A stretch of 47,764 nucleotides of DNA. Origin: Alistipes sp. GTDB taxonomy: Bacteria > Bacteroidota > Bacteroidia > Bacteroidales > Rikenellaceae. Positions 37,793 to 45,358 of the stretch are shown piece after piece. The notes beneath the pieces were generated by a model. That model was given only the letters and a program-made list of their open reading frames with translations, was not told where the DNA came from and did no database searches. A program made the position numbers and the translations under genes. The stretch covers positions 1 through 47,764 of the forward strand of contig JAZRAT010000057.1 in NCBI GenBank assembly GCA_045634725.1, given 5' to 3'. Each line of letters starts with the position of its first letter. Position 1 is the stretch's first letter.

Positions 37793-37855
37793 TTGCGCCC
37801 AAGGTTATCCCATAGGCTGTTTTATAGTAGATATTGCGCCCAGGGTTATCCCATA
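37793..37855 (+). promoter_or_regulatory. Putative integrase arm-type sites
   Basis: TTGCGCCCA(A/G)GGTTATCCCATA at 37793-37814 and 37834-37855; related TTGCGCCCATTTTACTCCCATA at 45108-45129. Confidence 0.65.
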
Positions 37856-37895
37856 TCGTTCCCATTATGATATACAAATTAAAATAGATATAGAT

Positions 37896-39248
37896 ATGAA
37901 ATTAAGTTACAAGATTGAGCCAAGAGTGGATAGACCATCCTACGATAAGGCGGATGCTAAACGAGAGAATCCATTATACTCTTTTCGCATAAGAGTAGGG
38001 ACAAAGGGACAAAGAGTTTACATACCAATTAGTGGCGTAAGAGCCGGTATTAAGTATTGGGACTCTATTACTGCACAATTTGACATTAGGGGCGTAAAGA
38101 ATGATAAGCAACTCAAATCGACTGCTGCCACCCTGGAACAATACAACGAATTGTTTATTGCAATTAAGAGTAAATGTAATGGGATATTGCAGAAGTTTGA
38201 TGAAAAGCATATCCCAGCCACGCCATTACTATTTGCAGAGGCATATAATAGCAATTCCCAAGAGCCTATTAAGATAGCATCATACTTTGAGGAGAAGATT
38301 GAGTCGATGCGAAAGACCAATCATATTGGCAATGCTAATTGTTATAGCCGTACGCTGCATATGTTACGCCTTTATGACTCAAAGTTTGATAAGCGATATA
38401 TCGAAGATATGAATATTCGCTATGTAACTAAATGGGATGAGTGGATGCAAATGCCAAGAACCACCACATATACAAGAGGTAATATTAAGCGAGAGCGAGA
38501 GGGTTGTGATGGTAATACTCGCAAATACTACCATAAGACATTGAGAGCATTGCTTAACAAAGCAATTACAGAGGGTATTACTAATGGAGCTACTTATCCA
38601 TATGGCAAGGGTGGATTCTCTGTTGGTAGTCTGGAAGAAGAAACCGAGAAACGATACCTCTCTGTGAATGTGATGAGTAAAATCAAATCCACTATATTAG
38701 AGGATAATCCTCGATTGGATGCTATTCGCAGATTGTTTGTTTGTCAATATCTTTGTCACGGAATGGCGTTTACTGATATAGCACATATTACAACAGAGCA
38801 TATTAAGACCATTGACGATAAGCGGCACATCGAGTATAAGAGAGAAAAAACCAAGCGTAAGAAAGCAAGGATTATCAAGATACTTATACGCCCAGAATTG
38901 CAGGAGCATATAGATTGGTTTGCAGAGCATTGTCCCCCAGTAGAACAATATCTCTTTCCAGTTGTAACAATCGAGGGCTACAAGGGAGAACAACTATATA
39001 ATCATATACGCAACAGATATAGACGATATGAGCGAGGGTTAAAGGAGTTAGCCAAAGAGTTAGGTATTGAAGAGAGAGAGCTTACATCGTATGTTAGTAG
39101 GCATACAATGGCGATGACCTTACGCAGTCAAGATGTGGCAGAGGATATGATTAGCCAAATCCTGGGACACGCAGATCTAAAAACTACAAAAGTATATCTT
39201 GATAGTTTTGATGCAGAGGCTATCGCAGAAGCAACCAAAAACCTATAA
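37896..39248 (+). CDS. Tyrosine recombinase / integrase (Bacteroidota type)
   Basis: N-terminal arm-binding-like domain, SAM-like domain, YKREKT, YVSRHTMA, ISQILGHADLKTTKVYL with catalytic Tyr. Confidence 0.93.
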   Translation: MKLSYKIEPRVDRPSYDKADAKRENPLYSFRIRVGTKGQRVYIPISGVRAGIKYWDSITAQFDIRGVKNDKQLKSTAATLEQYNELFIAIKSKCNGILQKFDEKHIPATPLLFAEAYNSNSQEPIKIASYFEEKIESMRKTNHIGNANCYSRTLHMLRLYDSKFDKRYIEDMNIRYVTKWDEWMQMPRTTTYTRGNIKREREGCDGNTRKYYHKTLRALLNKAITEGITNGATYPYGKGGFSVGSLEEETEKRYLSVNVMSKIKSTILEDNPRLDAIRRLFVCQYLCHGMAFTDIAHITTEHIKTIDDKRHIEYKREKTKRKKARIIKILIRPELQEHIDWFAEHCPPVEQYLFPVVTIEGYKGEQLYNHIRNRYRRYERGLKELAKELGIEERELTSYVSRHTMAMTLRSQDVAEDMISQILGHADLKTTKVYLDSFDAEAIAEATKNL

Positions 39249-39261
39249 AATATGTAAGTGT

Positions 39262-40182
39262 ATGATAAACGGAATTGACAAATATATAGAGTTGCCATAT
39301 ACAATAGTTAATAATGCAATAGATACCTCATTATATGGAAATATCAAGGTGTTTAAGCGTTTTGATGGCGACAAGGTAGTGGCAGATGATGAGCATTACA
39401 ATAGGGTTGTATCAATTATAAGAGAGGTTACTATTCAGCAATACAAGACCATTACACCCCAAGAGATAGATAATTTGAGCCAAGAGCAAGTAGTTGAACT
39501 GGCTAACGAATATAGTAGAGAGAATGAGAAGTTGCCAAGTCGTACTACTCAAAAAGCTCTCTTTGCTAATTTGTTCCTGGCGTACACTCTATACTATCCA
39601 AGTGTTAAACGCTATAAGGATTTAGCTCCATACATAGTTGATATATCAAAGGAGTATGCTGAAACTCGACAAGCGTATGGTGCGTTAAATCGATGCGACA
39701 GTATAAAGGTTGAAATAAGTGATGGTAAAATGGTGGGTATATCTGTACGCTCTAAATCTGATGAGAAAAACTATAATGTTGATAGCACTTATTTTTTATT
39801 GGCAACCTATGACTTACAAGAATTTGGGTTTAATTGGATGTATAGCATTAACGATGCCGACATTGTGTTTAGACACAGACGAGGGAGAAAGTGTAACGAC
39901 TTTGGTCGAGCAAAGAATTGGTTGCGAAAGACTCTATACCGAGAAGATGCAATATCGGGTGGTGGTAAGCGTACCAACCTTGATAGAAAGTTAGGGGAGA
40001 ATTTTCAAGCATTGTATCGTTTTCTATGGGATAATATTGACCACTTAAACCTCGGCAATAAAGACCATACAAAAGAATATCTCATTGTTAATTTTATCAT
40101 AAAGTTATTTGACATAGGCGTGGATAGTACCAAACTTAAAAACTATTGCCGTAGAAAGCCAAAGAGTAAAATACGACTCTAA
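39262..40182 (+). CDS. Hypothetical cargo protein (306 aa)
   Basis: Long AT-rich ORF 13 bp after the integrase stop, followed by a terminator. Confidence 0.7.
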   Translation: MINGIDKYIELPYTIVNNAIDTSLYGNIKVFKRFDGDKVVADDEHYNRVVSIIREVTIQQYKTITPQEIDNLSQEQVVELANEYSRENEKLPSRTTQKALFANLFLAYTLYYPSVKRYKDLAPYIVDISKEYAETRQAYGALNRCDSIKVEISDGKMVGISVRSKSDEKNYNVDSTYFLLATYDLQEFGFNWMYSINDADIVFRHRRGRKCNDFGRAKNWLRKTLYREDAISGGGKRTNLDRKLGENFQALYRFLWDNIDHLNLGNKDHTKEYLIVNFIIKLFDIGVDSTKLKNYCRRKPKSKIRL

Positions 40183-40185
40183 CCG

Positions 40186-40219
40186 ATATAGTCCTCAACT
40201 TGCTGGGGACTATATTTTT
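40186..40219 (+). terminator. Intrinsic terminator after int-cargo operon
   Basis: ATATAGTCCTCA/TGGGGACTATAT stem and T tract. Confidence 0.75.
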
Positions 40220-40337
40220 GCACTAATTTGTCGTATTATAGGGCAACTTAATACATTCTAATTACTTGATTTTCTTTGGATTATGTGTGTATTATGTCGA
40301 AATTTGCATCCAGAAACAAATATTAAACTATAAAAAT

Positions 40338-40658
40338 ATGACTGGATTAAAAATTGACCGAAACACACCGATTGCAGCTCTAACAGTAGGGCAGTATCTT
40401 GACCTAATGGCAACCCAAACGCCAAAGGTAGTACAAGTAGAGAAACCACAATCTAACATTGTGGGAATTGATGGAGCAGAGGAGATAACAGGCTACTCTC
40501 GTGCTGCTATTTATCAAATGACCAAGAATCGCCAAATCCCATTTTATAAATCAGCATCAAATGGGCGAAAACTGATTTTCAAGCGTGATGAGTTAGAGCG
40601 ATGGGTTGCATCCCGAAGATTTCAAACTACCCAGGAATTTGTGGAGGAGAATCTATAA
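40338..40658 (+). CDS. Excisionase/AlpA-like helix-turn-helix protein
   Basis: GIDGAEEITGYSRAAIYQMTKNRQIPFYK...RKLIFKRDELERW matches the Xis/HTH_17 pattern. Confidence 0.88.
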   Translation: MTGLKIDRNTPIAALTVGQYLDLMATQTPKVVQVEKPQSNIVGIDGAEEITGYSRAAIYQMTKNRQIPFYKSASNGRKLIFKRDELERWVASRRFQTTQEFVEENL

Positions 40659-41956
40659 TGGTAGATATTCAAAACGAAACCGCTCCCGAAGTACAAGGTA
40701 CTACGAGAGCAGATACACGGCAAGTGCTTGATTTTCACGACAAAGATACGAAAAATATCGAGATTTCCAAAATTGATGAGGCAGAGGTTGGCACTATTCT
40801 ACGACTGGGAGATAAGTATTTCCAAATAGTACGCACACCCGATGGGAATGTAACAACGGTCTATCGTGAAAAGGCAGAACTTAAAGCCGATGGCACAGAC
40901 TTCTCCAAAGTACAAAAGTACATAGGGTCGTATGTGGAACATAATTTCCTCAACTATCGGCAGAGCCTCAACGGATGGTGGAATTTATCACACCCCTTGA
41001 AATGGCAAGCCGAGGAGGGCGAATTTCCAACGATTAAGCGATTGTTTGAGCATATATTTGGCGAACAAATAGAATTGGGCTTTGATAGATACCAACTACT
41101 ACTCACGAGACCGCATCAGATACAACCGATATTAGTTTGTGTGAGCGAACAACAGGGAACAGGGAAAAGCACTTTGCTACAATTCAACGGGATGCTATTC
41201 GGGTCGAATGCGATAATCCTAAATGTAAGCCAGTATAGCCAACAATTCAACGCTCTATACGCTACCAAGTTGTGCATCGGCATAGACGAAACCTTTATCA
41301 ATGAGCAGTTCATAAAGGAGCGTTTGAAACAAGACTCAACGGCAACGACAATACAATTAAGGCGTATGCGATGCGAACACGAAACTATCCCCTTTTATGG
41401 TAAGTTTACCCTTTGCACCAATAGGGAAACCGACTTTGCCAAATTGGAGACCTCGGACTTGCGTTTTTGGGTGCGTAAGGTGGGTAAAATTGAGAAATTT
41501 GACCCCGACTTTAATAGTAAGTTGATGGCAGAAATACCGCACTTCTTATACTTTCTCCTGCATCGTGAAATGCACACACCCAAGCCGTTGTCAAGGCAAT
41601 GGTTCAGTGCAGACCAACTACGCACCTCGGCGCTCAAAGCCGTAGTCGAGAACTCAATCTCTCCCCTCGCCAAATCTATTAATGAGTGGATAGAGGACAC
41701 CAAAGCAGAGGTTGGCGATAGAGAGTGGGGATTTACGGCTACCGAGTTAGCCGATGAGTTGAAATTGGGAAAACGAGGAGCGTATGATGTAGCCAATGCC
41801 CTGCAAAAGGAGTTAGGAATGACTAACCACAACTGCACATATTACAGATGGAATGACCTTAACACTCCTCGTGTTGGCAGACGCTACCTCATTGCAGGAA
41901 AGACTGCCGAGGAGAAAGATAAGGAGATTGCCGAGGATGAGGAAACGCCATTTTAA
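40658..41956 (+). CDS. SF3-like / primase-associated helicase (P-loop NTPase)
   Basis: Walker A QQGTGKST, Walker B IGIDE, motif C LCTN, DLRFWVRK; TAATG overlap with the xis-like gene. Confidence 0.85.
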   Translation: MVDIQNETAPEVQGTTRADTRQVLDFHDKDTKNIEISKIDEAEVGTILRLGDKYFQIVRTPDGNVTTVYREKAELKADGTDFSKVQKYIGSYVEHNFLNYRQSLNGWWNLSHPLKWQAEEGEFPTIKRLFEHIFGEQIELGFDRYQLLLTRPHQIQPILVCVSEQQGTGKSTLLQFNGMLFGSNAIILNVSQYSQQFNALYATKLCIGIDETFINEQFIKERLKQDSTATTIQLRRMRCEHETIPFYGKFTLCTNRETDFAKLETSDLRFWVRKVGKIEKFDPDFNSKLMAEIPHFLYFLLHREMHTPKPLSRQWFSADQLRTSALKAVVENSISPLAKSINEWIEDTKAEVGDREWGFTATELADELKLGKRGAYDVANALQKELGMTNHNCTYYRWNDLNTPRVGRRYLIAGKTAEEKDKEIAEDEETPF

Positions 41957-42157
41957 CAGACTTAACACTCACTTAACGGAGATTTAACGCCATAAGTTAT
42001 TGATATATACTTATTTAACACTCTTAACACTATATATAATATATATTAAGAATATAGTAAAAATACAGATAAATGTTAGCACGAAATAGGCGTTAAGTCT
42101 GTTAAGGTGTTAAATATCAACAAATTAAGTATTAAGCAGTCGTTAAGCAGTCGTTAA
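41953..42157. promoter_or_regulatory. Putative replication origin: inverted iteron arrays around an AT-rich core
   Basis: Six TTAAC on the left, five GTTAA on the right, AT-rich centre, two inverted WATCAANNNNTTR matches. Confidence 0.75.
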
Positions 42158-42172
42158 ATAAACAACAACAAT

Positions 42173-43036
42173 ATGACTATGAATGTATCATACTTTTCTT
42201 GTGTGGCTAATAGTCGTAAACCGCAAGGCTCTTTGCCCCTTACCTCAATACTTTTCTCGGAGCGAGTGAGGGCGAGAGTTGAGGCGTTGCGAGCGTTGCC
42301 CTACGGCTCGGAGGCGTTTAGCCAAGCCAAGCGACAAATGCCGTGTTATACTCCATCGGGTGTGTTCAGTGTAAGAAACTCGGAGGGTCTTATCAAGCAT
42401 AGCGGTATGCTCTGCATCGAGTGGGACAAGGTCGAGGATGTGGATGCCCTCAAAGACCTACTCGGCTCGTTGCCGTTTATATACTATGGCGGTCTATCTT
42501 GCAGTGGTAAAGGTATCTTTGCCCTCATAAAGATTGCTGACCCAACCAAGCATCGGGAGTATTTCAAGGCGTTGAGCGAGTATTTCGGAGGCATAGGTTA
42601 TCGAGTCGATGAGAGTGGCAAAGATGTATGCCGATTGCGTGTTGCATCGTTTGACGATACCCCAATCTTCAACCCCGATAGTGAGATGTGGAACGAGTTG
42701 CCGAGAGAGGTAGCACCAACCTATACGCCAAGACTTGCAACGGCAACCGATGAGAGGTTACTGCTTGCAGGAGTTGAGTACATAAGTCGGCACGGCATAG
42801 ACATCACGCAAGGGCGTAACAACTGGCTTGCTATCGGGTCTTGCGTTAAATCTATACTCGGAGTATCGGGCGAAGATGTTTTTGTGACCCTTTCCCGTTA
42901 CCACCCACAATATCGGGAAAGTAATGCTCGCAAGACCTACCGCACAATATCGGGTAGTGGCTATGGCATCGGAGTATTTGCGAGTGCTTGTTCAAGGGCA
43001 GGAGTACCAAGATTAGTTGAATTAGTAAAACATTAA
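42173..43036 (+). CDS. Primase-like protein: BT4734/VirE N-terminal-like domain plus PriCT-2-like domain
   Basis: KRQMPCYTPSGVF, HSGMLCIEWD, SCSGKG, DESGKDVCRLR; C-terminal ITQGRNNWLAIG...LSRYHPQY. Confidence 0.8.
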   Translation: MTMNVSYFSCVANSRKPQGSLPLTSILFSERVRARVEALRALPYGSEAFSQAKRQMPCYTPSGVFSVRNSEGLIKHSGMLCIEWDKVEDVDALKDLLGSLPFIYYGGLSCSGKGIFALIKIADPTKHREYFKALSEYFGGIGYRVDESGKDVCRLRVASFDDTPIFNPDSEMWNELPREVAPTYTPRLATATDERLLLAGVEYISRHGIDITQGRNNWLAIGSCVKSILGVSGEDVFVTLSRYHPQYRESNARKTYRTISGSGYGIGVFASACSRAGVPRLVELVKH

Positions 43037-43048
43037 ACAATAAAGAAT

Positions 43049-43411
43049 ATGGAAAAAATTAAGAACAATGTAGAAAAGGCGTTTTATTCACGCCACAAAC
43101 AAGCGATGTTTACACCAATAACATCGAAAATTGAGGGGAGTGTCGTAACACTCAAAATGATGGCGATTAACGACAGTGTGCTACGCAAAAGCATACTTAT
43201 TGACGAGCGTAGCGATACACGATTGGGCGATGATTATATCTCGTTCAGCTCACACTTTATTAAGTCGTTCAAGGCTTGCCGATGTGAGGAGATTGCGGTT
43301 GTTAGTAAGCGAGGCAAGGTTATCATTCTTTGCCCTATGCTCGACAAGCCAATTAAAAGTTATGATGACTTTGGCGATGAAGTGTGGACTTTCCGAAATC
43401 CCAATCAATAA
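43049..43411 (+). CDS. Hypothetical protein
   Basis: 120-aa ORF in tight operon, A-rich leader. Confidence 0.6.
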   Translation: MEKIKNNVEKAFYSRHKQAMFTPITSKIEGSVVTLKMMAINDSVLRKSILIDERSDTRLGDDYISFSSHFIKSFKACRCEEIAVVSKRGKVIILCPMLDKPIKSYDDFGDEVWTFRNPNQ

Positions 43412-43623
43412 TGAGTCATAACTACTGCGGTTTGACGAGTGAGGAGTTGGAGCGTGTTAGACCTGACACCTCCCAACTCCAAGCCGTAAGGATTAACCAC
43501 AATACGATTATTTATGTATCCAAAGACCACAACCCCGATGAGGCACGCAAAGAGTTTATCAAGGCGTGGCGCAGGGATGCGATAAAACATTTAGAAGATG
43601 AAGAAAGGTACTACACTTTATAA
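43411..43623 (+). CDS. Small hypothetical protein
   Basis: TAATG coupling with the upstream gene; 70 aa. Confidence 0.6.
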   Translation: MSHNYCGLTSEELERVRPDTSQLQAVRINHNTIIYVSKDHNPDEARKEFIKAWRRDAIKHLEDEERYYTL

Positions 43624-43630
43624 AATACCA

Positions 43631-43861
43631 ATGGCGGAGAAATTGACACCGCAAGACCGCCATTTTGTTGTGCTGGTAGTGGCAGGTTATCCCTCAAATC
43701 TTGCATATATGCTTGCCTACGACACAAAGGCGAACACTAACACCTCGGCAGCGATGGCAAGCCGTAAACTTGCTCAATGGGAGATACAACAATTATTATC
43801 TCTTATGCGGTTGTCGTGGCGAAGTGGTACGCTGGAATTTCCAGAGCGACTAATGAGATAA
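43631..43861 (+). CDS. Terminase small subunit-like HTH protein (short)
   Basis: KLTPQDRHFV...AYMLAY...AAMASRKLAQWEIQQLL resembles the TerS N-terminal pattern LTxKQxxF...AYxxAY...ASRLLxxPxI (recalled pattern, not a search). Confidence 0.6.
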   Translation: MAEKLTPQDRHFVVLVVAGYPSNLAYMLAYDTKANTNTSAAMASRKLAQWEIQQLLSLMRLSWRSGTLEFPERLMR

Positions 43862-43902
43862 GGGTAAACAAATCAATAAATTAAACATTAAAAATCAAGA
43901 AT

Positions 43903-44154
43903 ATGACACACGCAGAACAAGAGGCATTTAAGGCTTTTGTTGCCGAGAAATGCAAAGAGGCATTAGCACCACTTTACGCTGAATTGGAGGAGTTACAAGC
44001 ACACTACGGTATGCGAGAGGCGGAGCAACAACCAACCGAGCCAACACCCGACCCCGAAGAGGTAAGGCAAGCGGAGTTCAAAAAGCAACTTGCAGAGATG
44101 AAACAAATGCTCATCAAGTCGGGGCGTATTCCAAAGGATGAGGCAAATAACTAA
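43903..44154 (+). CDS. Small acidic helical protein with Pro-rich hinge
   Basis: 83 aa, two predicted helices joined by QQPTEPTPDPE; A-rich leader. Confidence 0.7.
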   Translation: MTHAEQEAFKAFVAEKCKEALAPLYAELEELQAHYGMREAEQQPTEPTPDPEEVRQAEFKKQLAEMKQMLIKSGRIPKDEANN

Positions 44155-44173
44155 CCATTAAACCGATTGAATT

Positions 44174-44815
44174 ATGACTAAAAAAGTAGAAACTTTATCG
44201 TATATCTCTAAACTTTCGAGAGAGGCGGTTAGCGATGAAATATCAAAGCATAACGCCAAACTCGACCAGATCCGCAAATGCCTTGCAGAGCGTGGCGAAG
44301 ATATTGACGATGCCCGCACCTACCAAATTAAGGGTGTGGCGTGGAGGCGTAAGGAGGTTATGGCTCAATGCGAGGAGTGGATGAATACAACTTGCACGCC
44401 TAATTACTTGCGTGAGGACTATCGACAGAAAGCCTATGCAAGTTGCGACAATGACTACATAGCCAAAGTTCACTCCGCTATGTTTGGCTTAAAACTCAAT
44501 CTCACAAACGATGTTGAGGTAGCCGAAAATGGAGAGTGGGTCGTTAAGCAGTCGGTTGTAGATGCAAAGTTGGAGGCGTGTAGATATACACTCACTCCCG
44601 AAGAGGTCGAGGCGTACCGCATTTATGAGCAGATTATCGACCTTGCGGAAGAGTTGCACAAGCGTAGATATTATATTTCGGACACATTCGGCTCGACTAA
44701 CGACAATTTGGAGCGTATCGAGGATGAGGAGGCAAGATTGGAGTATTTCACAATGTTGTATGTAATGACGCCCGAAGAGGTCGCAGAGCGAAAACGACAA
44801 TTAGGGTTTGACTGA
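44174..44815 (+). CDS. Hypothetical helical protein
   Basis: 213-aa ORF followed by a terminator. Confidence 0.7.
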   Translation: MTKKVETLSYISKLSREAVSDEISKHNAKLDQIRKCLAERGEDIDDARTYQIKGVAWRRKEVMAQCEEWMNTTCTPNYLREDYRQKAYASCDNDYIAKVHSAMFGLKLNLTNDVEVAENGEWVVKQSVVDAKLEACRYTLTPEEVEAYRIYEQIIDLAEELHKRRYYISDTFGSTNDNLERIEDEEARLEYFTMLYVMTPEEVAERKRQLGFD

Positions 44816-44840
44816 CACTCATAGTTTTTTTTGTTATCCG

Positions 44841-44875
44841 AGGGAGTGGCTTGCGTTTGCAGGTCGCTCCTTTTT
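44841..44875 (+). terminator. Intrinsic terminator ending the element's main operon
   Basis: GGAGTGGCTTGC/GCAGGTCGCTCC stem and T5. Confidence 0.75.
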
Positions 44876-45158
44876 GTTAGTAAACAAGGTAAGCAATGGA
44901 AAACATAACAAAAAAAATTTTAGAGTCGCACCTAACCCTTTTACACTATCCGAGCCGATTACCCCTCGCACCCCTTTGTAAATCAATCAGTTATATGTGT
45001 GTAAGGCGTATATCGTAGGTGTTACCTGCAACTAATTATCGGGAAAGTTTTTGCTTGCGCCTGTATACTCATTGTACATCTGTATAGTGGGAGTAATTCT
45101 ATACATATTGCGCCCATTTTACTCCCATAGCCTAAATTTAGAGTAAATTCATAAAAGA

Positions 45159-45195
45159 ATAAGACCTTGATAATTCATTGATTATCAAGGTCTTA
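45159..45195 (-). terminator. Element-supplied terminator for the reconstituted tRNA-Pro
   Basis: TAAGACCTTGATAAT/ATTATCAAGGTCTTA perfect inverted repeat. Confidence 0.65.
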
Positions 45196-45204
45196 AATGC
45201 TTTG

Positions 45205-45279
45205 TCGGGATGACAAGATTCGAACTTGCGACAACACGCCCCCCAGACGTGTACTCTAACCGGGCTGAGCTACATCCCG
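45205..45279 (-). tRNA. tRNA-Pro (GGG)
   Basis: CGGGATGTAGCTCAGCCCGGTTAGAGTACACGTCTGGGGGGCGTGTTGTCGCAAGTTCGAATCTTGTCATCCCGA forms a cloverleaf with anticodon loop CTGGGGG; CCA not encoded; TATCTTTG promoter box at 45296-45303 (-). Confidence 0.95.
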
Positions 45280-45358
45280 AACTGGTTTTGCGGTGCAAAG
45301 ATAATAATTAATTTTCTAATAATGCAAATTTATTTCAAAAAAAATGTAACTTTGTAGC

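Larger units (their letters stand above)
37639..45246 (+). mobile_element. 7.6-kb tRNA-Pro-integrated element, candidate phage satellite
   Basis: 43-bp direct repeats, adjacent tyrosine integrase, visibly more AT-rich than flanks, all genes on +, replication module and TerS-like gene. Confidence 0.9.

Noticed and set aside
37639-45246. Prophage or NBU-type mobilisable transposon
   Set aside because: No structural or lysis genes, and both att sites are intact at only 7.6 kb; no relaxase motif recognised, although a divergent one cannot be excluded without a search.
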